This document shows, piece after piece, positions 60,733 through 64,000 of a DNA stretch of 64,000 nt (positions are counted from its first letter, which is position 1; every line of letters starts with the position of its first letter). The notes under the pieces are model-generated. The model saw only the letters and a list, made by a program, of their open reading frames with translations. It did no database searches and had not been told where the DNA came from. This DNA comes from an uncultured Candidatus Rokubacteria bacterium (lineage in GTDB: Bacteria > Methylomirabilota > Methylomirabilia > Rokubacteriales > DASRDR01), in contig CAVPSB010000014.1 in assembly GCA_963708025.1 (NCBI GenBank), forward strand, positions 192,001 through 256,000, read 5' to 3'. Both the position numbers and the translations under genes were made by a program.

Positions 60733-63312
60733 ATGAGCTATCGCTTGCCGACGAGCGTCGTGCCGAGCCGGTACGACATCCGCCTCGAGCCCGACCTCCA
60801 GACCGGCAGCTTCGCCGGCGAGGAGACCGTCACCGTCACCATCCGCGAGCCGGTCAACGAGATCGTGCTGAACGCGGCGGACCTGGCCATCCGGTCGGTC
60901 GCGATCCAGGGCGCGGGGAACCGCACCCTCGAGGGCACCGCCACCCTGGAGCCCGAGACCGAGCGCGCGCGGCTCCGGTTCCCGGCGCGGCTCGACCCCG
61001 GAGAGTGGCGGCTGACCCTCGGCTTCACCGGCATCCTCAACGACCAGCTCCACGGCTTCTACCGGAGCACCTGGAAGGACGCGGCGGGAGCCGTTCACAC
61101 GATGGCCGCCACCCAGTTCGAGGCGGTGGATGCCCGGCGGGCGTTCCCGTGCTGGGACGAGCCGGCGTGCAAGGCCGTGTTCGCGGTGACCCTGGTGGTC
61201 CCCGACGGCTACACCGGCGTCTCCAACACGCGAGTCGTGAGCGAGCGGCCGGCCGGGCCCGGGCGGCGGGCGGTCGCCTTCGCCGACACGATCCGCATGT
61301 CGACGTACCTCGTCGCCTTCTTCGTCGGCGAGCTGGAGGCGACCGAGCCCGTCATGGTGGGGCCGACGCCGCTGCGGATCTGGTGCGTGCCGGGCAAGCG
61401 GCACCTCGCGCGCTTCGCCCAGGAGGCCGGCGTCTTCAGCCTCCGCTTCTTCGAGGACTACTACGGCATCCCGTACCCCGGCGACAAGCTCGACCTCCTC
61501 GGCATCCCCGACTTCGCCTCGGGCGCCATGGAGAACCTGGGTGCCATCACGTTCCGGGAGACCGCGCTCCTGGTGGACGAGGCGGCCGCCTCCCACGTCG
61601 AGCTGGAGCGCATCGCCGACGTCGTGGCTCACGAGGTCGCCCACATGTGGTTCGGGGACCTCGCCACCATGGCCTGGTGGAACGGGATCTGGCTCAACGA
61701 GGCGTTCGCCACCTTCATGGAGATGGTAGCCGTCGATTCCTGGAAGCCCGAGTGGGAGCGCTGGGTGAACTTCGGGGTCTCCCGCGCGGCCGCCTTCGGC
61801 GTGGACGGGCTCCGGGCCTCGCGGCCCATCGAGTTCCCGGTCGAGGCGCCGCGCGACTGTGAGGCGATGTTCGATCTCCTGACCTACGAGAAGGGCGCCT
61901 CCGTCCTCCGGATGCTCGAGCAGTACCTCGGGCCCGACACCTTCCGGGACGGCGTGCGGCTCTACCTGCGACGCCACGCCTACGCCAACGCCGAGACCAC
62001 CGACCTTTGGCGGGCCCTCGGCGATGCGGCCGGCCAGCCGATCCCCGAGATCATGGACGGCTGGGTCTTCCAGCCGGGCTACCCGCTGGTGACGGTGGAG
62101 GAGAGTCAGGGCGGGCTGCGCCTGACGCAGCGCCGGTTCACCTACCTCGAGGCCGAGACCCCACCGGAGGAACGCTGGCGGGTGCCCATGATCCTTCGTA
62201 CCTCGGTCGGCGGCCGGTCGGTCGAGCGGCGACTGCTCCTCGATGCCGCCGGCGCGGAGGTCCCCCTCGAGGGTCCGGTCGAGTGGGTGGTGGCCAACGC
62301 CGGCGGCCACGGCTTCTACCGGGTGGGCTACGCCGCCGCCCTGCGGGAGCGTCTGCTGGCGGCGCTGGCCGGCCTCGCTCCCATCGAGCGCTTCGACCTG
62401 GCGAGCGACCTGTTCGCGCTCTGCCAGGCCGGCATGCTGCCGGCCGTCGAGTATCTCGATCTCACCGCGCGGTTCCGCGAGGAGACCGACCGGAACGTGT
62501 GGATGGTGGTGATCGGGGCCTTCGGTTACGTGAATCGCGTCATCGACGACGCCGTCCGGCCCGGCCTCGCCGCGCTGGCGCGTGACCGGCTGCGGGCGGC
62601 CGTCGCCCGGCTCGGCTGGGAGCCACGGCCCGGCGAGCGCGAGCTCGACCGCCAGCTCCGGGGCGACCTGATCCGGGCCCTCGGCACGCTCGGCGACGAC
62701 CCCGAGATCCAGGCGGAGGCGCGCCGCCGCTACGCGCGCTACCGCGAGGACGAGTCGGCCCTCGACCCCAACGTGCTCCCGGCGGTGATCGCGGTCCTGG
62801 CCGCCAGCGGCGGCGAGGCCGAGTACGCAGAGTTCCTCGAGCGCTTCCGCCGCGCGCGGACGCCGCAGGAGGAACAGCGCTATCTCTACGCGCTGGCCGG
62901 ATTCCGGCGGCCGGCCATCCTCGCCCAGACCCTCGACCGCGCCCTCAGCGCCGAGATCCGGAGCCAGGACGCGCCGTTCGTGGTCCGCGCGCTCCTGGCC
63001 AGCGTCTACGGGCGCGGGCTGGCCTGGGAGTTCGTCAAGGCCCACTGGCAGACGATGGCCCGCCTCTACCCACCGAGCGCGTACCGCCGGATGTACGAGG
63101 GGGTGACGGCGCTGATCAGCCCGGCGTGGGAGCAGGAGGTGCGGGCCTTCTTCGCGACGAACGGCATCCAGCTCGGCGGCAAGACCCTCGAGCAGTACCT
63201 GGAGCAGCTCCGCGCCGGCGTCCGCTTCCAGGAGCGCGAAGGCGCCGCCCTCTCCGCGTACCTGACGCGACTCCTTTCACCCTCTCCCCCCGCGGGGGAG
63301 AGGGCAGGGTGA
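60733..63312 (+). CDS. pepN: M1 family aminopeptidase N (ERAP1-like C-domain)
   Basis: ATQFE, RRAFPCWDEP, GAMENLG, HEVAH, WLNEAFA, YEKGAS. Confidence 0.93.
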   Translation: MSYRLPTSVVPSRYDIRLEPDLQTGSFAGEETVTVTIREPVNEIVLNAADLAIRSVAIQGAGNRTLEGTATLEPETERARLRFPARLDPGEWRLTLGFTGILNDQLHGFYRSTWKDAAGAVHTMAATQFEAVDARRAFPCWDEPACKAVFAVTLVVPDGYTGVSNTRVVSERPAGPGRRAVAFADTIRMSTYLVAFFVGELEATEPVMVGPTPLRIWCVPGKRHLARFAQEAGVFSLRFFEDYYGIPYPGDKLDLLGIPDFASGAMENLGAITFRETALLVDEAAASHVELERIADVVAHEVAHMWFGDLATMAWWNGIWLNEAFATFMEMVAVDSWKPEWERWVNFGVSRAAAFGVDGLRASRPIEFPVEAPRDCEAMFDLLTYEKGASVLRMLEQYLGPDTFRDGVRLYLRRHAYANAETTDLWRALGDAAGQPIPEIMDGWVFQPGYPLVTVEESQGGLRLTQRRFTYLEAETPPEERWRVPMILRTSVGGRSVERRLLLDAAGAEVPLEGPVEWVVANAGGHGFYRVGYAAALRERLLAALAGLAPIERFDLASDLFALCQAGMLPAVEYLDLTARFREETDRNVWMVVIGAFGYVNRVIDDAVRPGLAALARDRLRAAVARLGWEPRPGERELDRQLRGDLIRALGTLGDDPEIQAEARRRYARYREDESALDPNVLPAVIAVLAASGGEAEYAEFLERFRRARTPQEEQRYLYALAGFRRPAILAQTLDRALSAEIRSQDAPFVVRALLASVYGRGLAWEFVKAHWQTMARLYPPSAYRRMYEGVTALISPAWEQEVRAFFATNGIQLGGKTLEQYLEQLRAGVRFQEREGAALSAYLTRLLSPSPPAGERAG

Positions 63313-63316
63313 GGGG
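63277..63316. repeat. Family-2 REP-like palindrome overlapping the pepN stop
   Basis: CCCTCTCCCCC-CGC-GGGGGAGAGGG-CAGGGTGAGGGG, reverse orientation of the 38537 copy. Confidence 0.75.
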
Positions 63317-63324
63317 TGTCTTCG

Positions 63325-64000
63325 ATGCCCCGCCGGCTGCGCGTCCACGTCGAGAACGACCCGCACGCCAACCCGGTCTTCGAGGTCACGCCCGAGCGGT
63401 TCGCGGCGGCCGCGAAGCGCCACGCCGCGGTCGCCCGCCGGCTCGCGGTCACCTACGGCGACCAGCCCGGCGAGCCCCATCCCGACCTCCTGACGGCCGA
63501 GGTGCTGATGACCGGCCACGTGGGGGAGCAGGACCTGGCGGCGCGCGCGCCGAAGCTCCGGTGGCTCCAGTCCACCAACGCGGGCGTCGAGGACGTGCTG
63601 CCCATCCTGCCGGCGGGCGTCGTCCTCACCAACGCCAGCGGGGTCCACGGGCCCAAGGGCGCCCAGTTCGCGCTGACCGCGCTCCTCATGCTGAACCACG
63701 CCGTCCCCTACTTCGTGACCCGCCAGCGCGAGCGGCGCTGGGAGCCCCGGTTCACCTCGACCATCGAGGGACGGACGCTGGTGGTCGTCGGCGTCGGCGC
63801 CCTCGGGGCCGAGGTGGCGCGGGTGGCCCGCCGGTTCGGGCTGCGGGTCTTCGGCGTGCGACGGGGCGGCCGGCCGCCATCGCGCGGTGGAGCGGGTGTA
63901 CCCGCCGGAGCAGCTCGACCGGGTGCTGCCCCGCGCCGACTTCCTGGTGGTGACGCTGCCCCTGACCCCGGAGACGCGCGGACTGATCGGCCGGAAGCAG
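63325..64000 (+). CDS. D-2-hydroxyacid dehydrogenase, 3'-partial, indel near 63880
   Basis: LRWLQSTNAGVE, LTNASGVHG, VVGVGALG, LPLTPETRGLIG. Confidence 0.85.
   Translation, partial: MPRRLRVHVENDPHANPVFEVTPERFAAAAKRHAAVARRLAVTYGDQPGEPHPDLLTAEVLMTGHVGEQDLAARAPKLRWLQSTNAGVEDVLPILPAGVVLTNASGVHGPKGAQFALTALLMLNHAVPYFVTRQRERRWEPRFTSTIEGRTLVVVGVGALGAEVARVARRFGLRVFGVRRGGRPPSRGGAGVPAGAARPGAAPRRLPGGDAAPDPGDARTDRPEA

Overview
Very GC-rich bacterial chromosome window. The lineage is probably Candidatus Rokubacteria/Methylomirabilota, an inference from the GC level, the ABC_sub_bind and DUF222 genes and the Gram-negative cell-wall genes. Clusters of single-base indels split several genes and look like long-read errors. 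1-12.1 kb is an ion-homeostasis locus: kdpB-kdpC, a kdpA-like gene with altered selectivity-filter motifs, a lone secF, an M50/CBS protease, a USP, a kinase-less kdpD, duplicated remnants, mgtE, a 29-aa mini-KdpD and a DUF4118 protein. It is followed by an HK-lipoprotein-RR-MBL operon, assorted metabolic and cell-wall genes (tam, mtgA, mltA, ROK kinase, aminopeptidases), two toxin-antitoxin loci and an ECF/anti-sigma/Spy-CpxP module. Two paralogous ATPase-less peptide-type ABC clusters lie next to amide/acid catabolic genes, including an apparent alpha-beta fused N,N-dimethylformamidase and an Xsc-like ThDP enzyme. A DUF222-HNH gene abuts the 5' half of a tRNA-Ser. Non-coding signals include a 7-copy modular G/C hairpin repeat that ends in a Shine-Dalgarno, a second REP-like palindrome family and several leaderless-looking promoters. 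No rRNA, intact tRNA, CRISPR array or transposase was seen.
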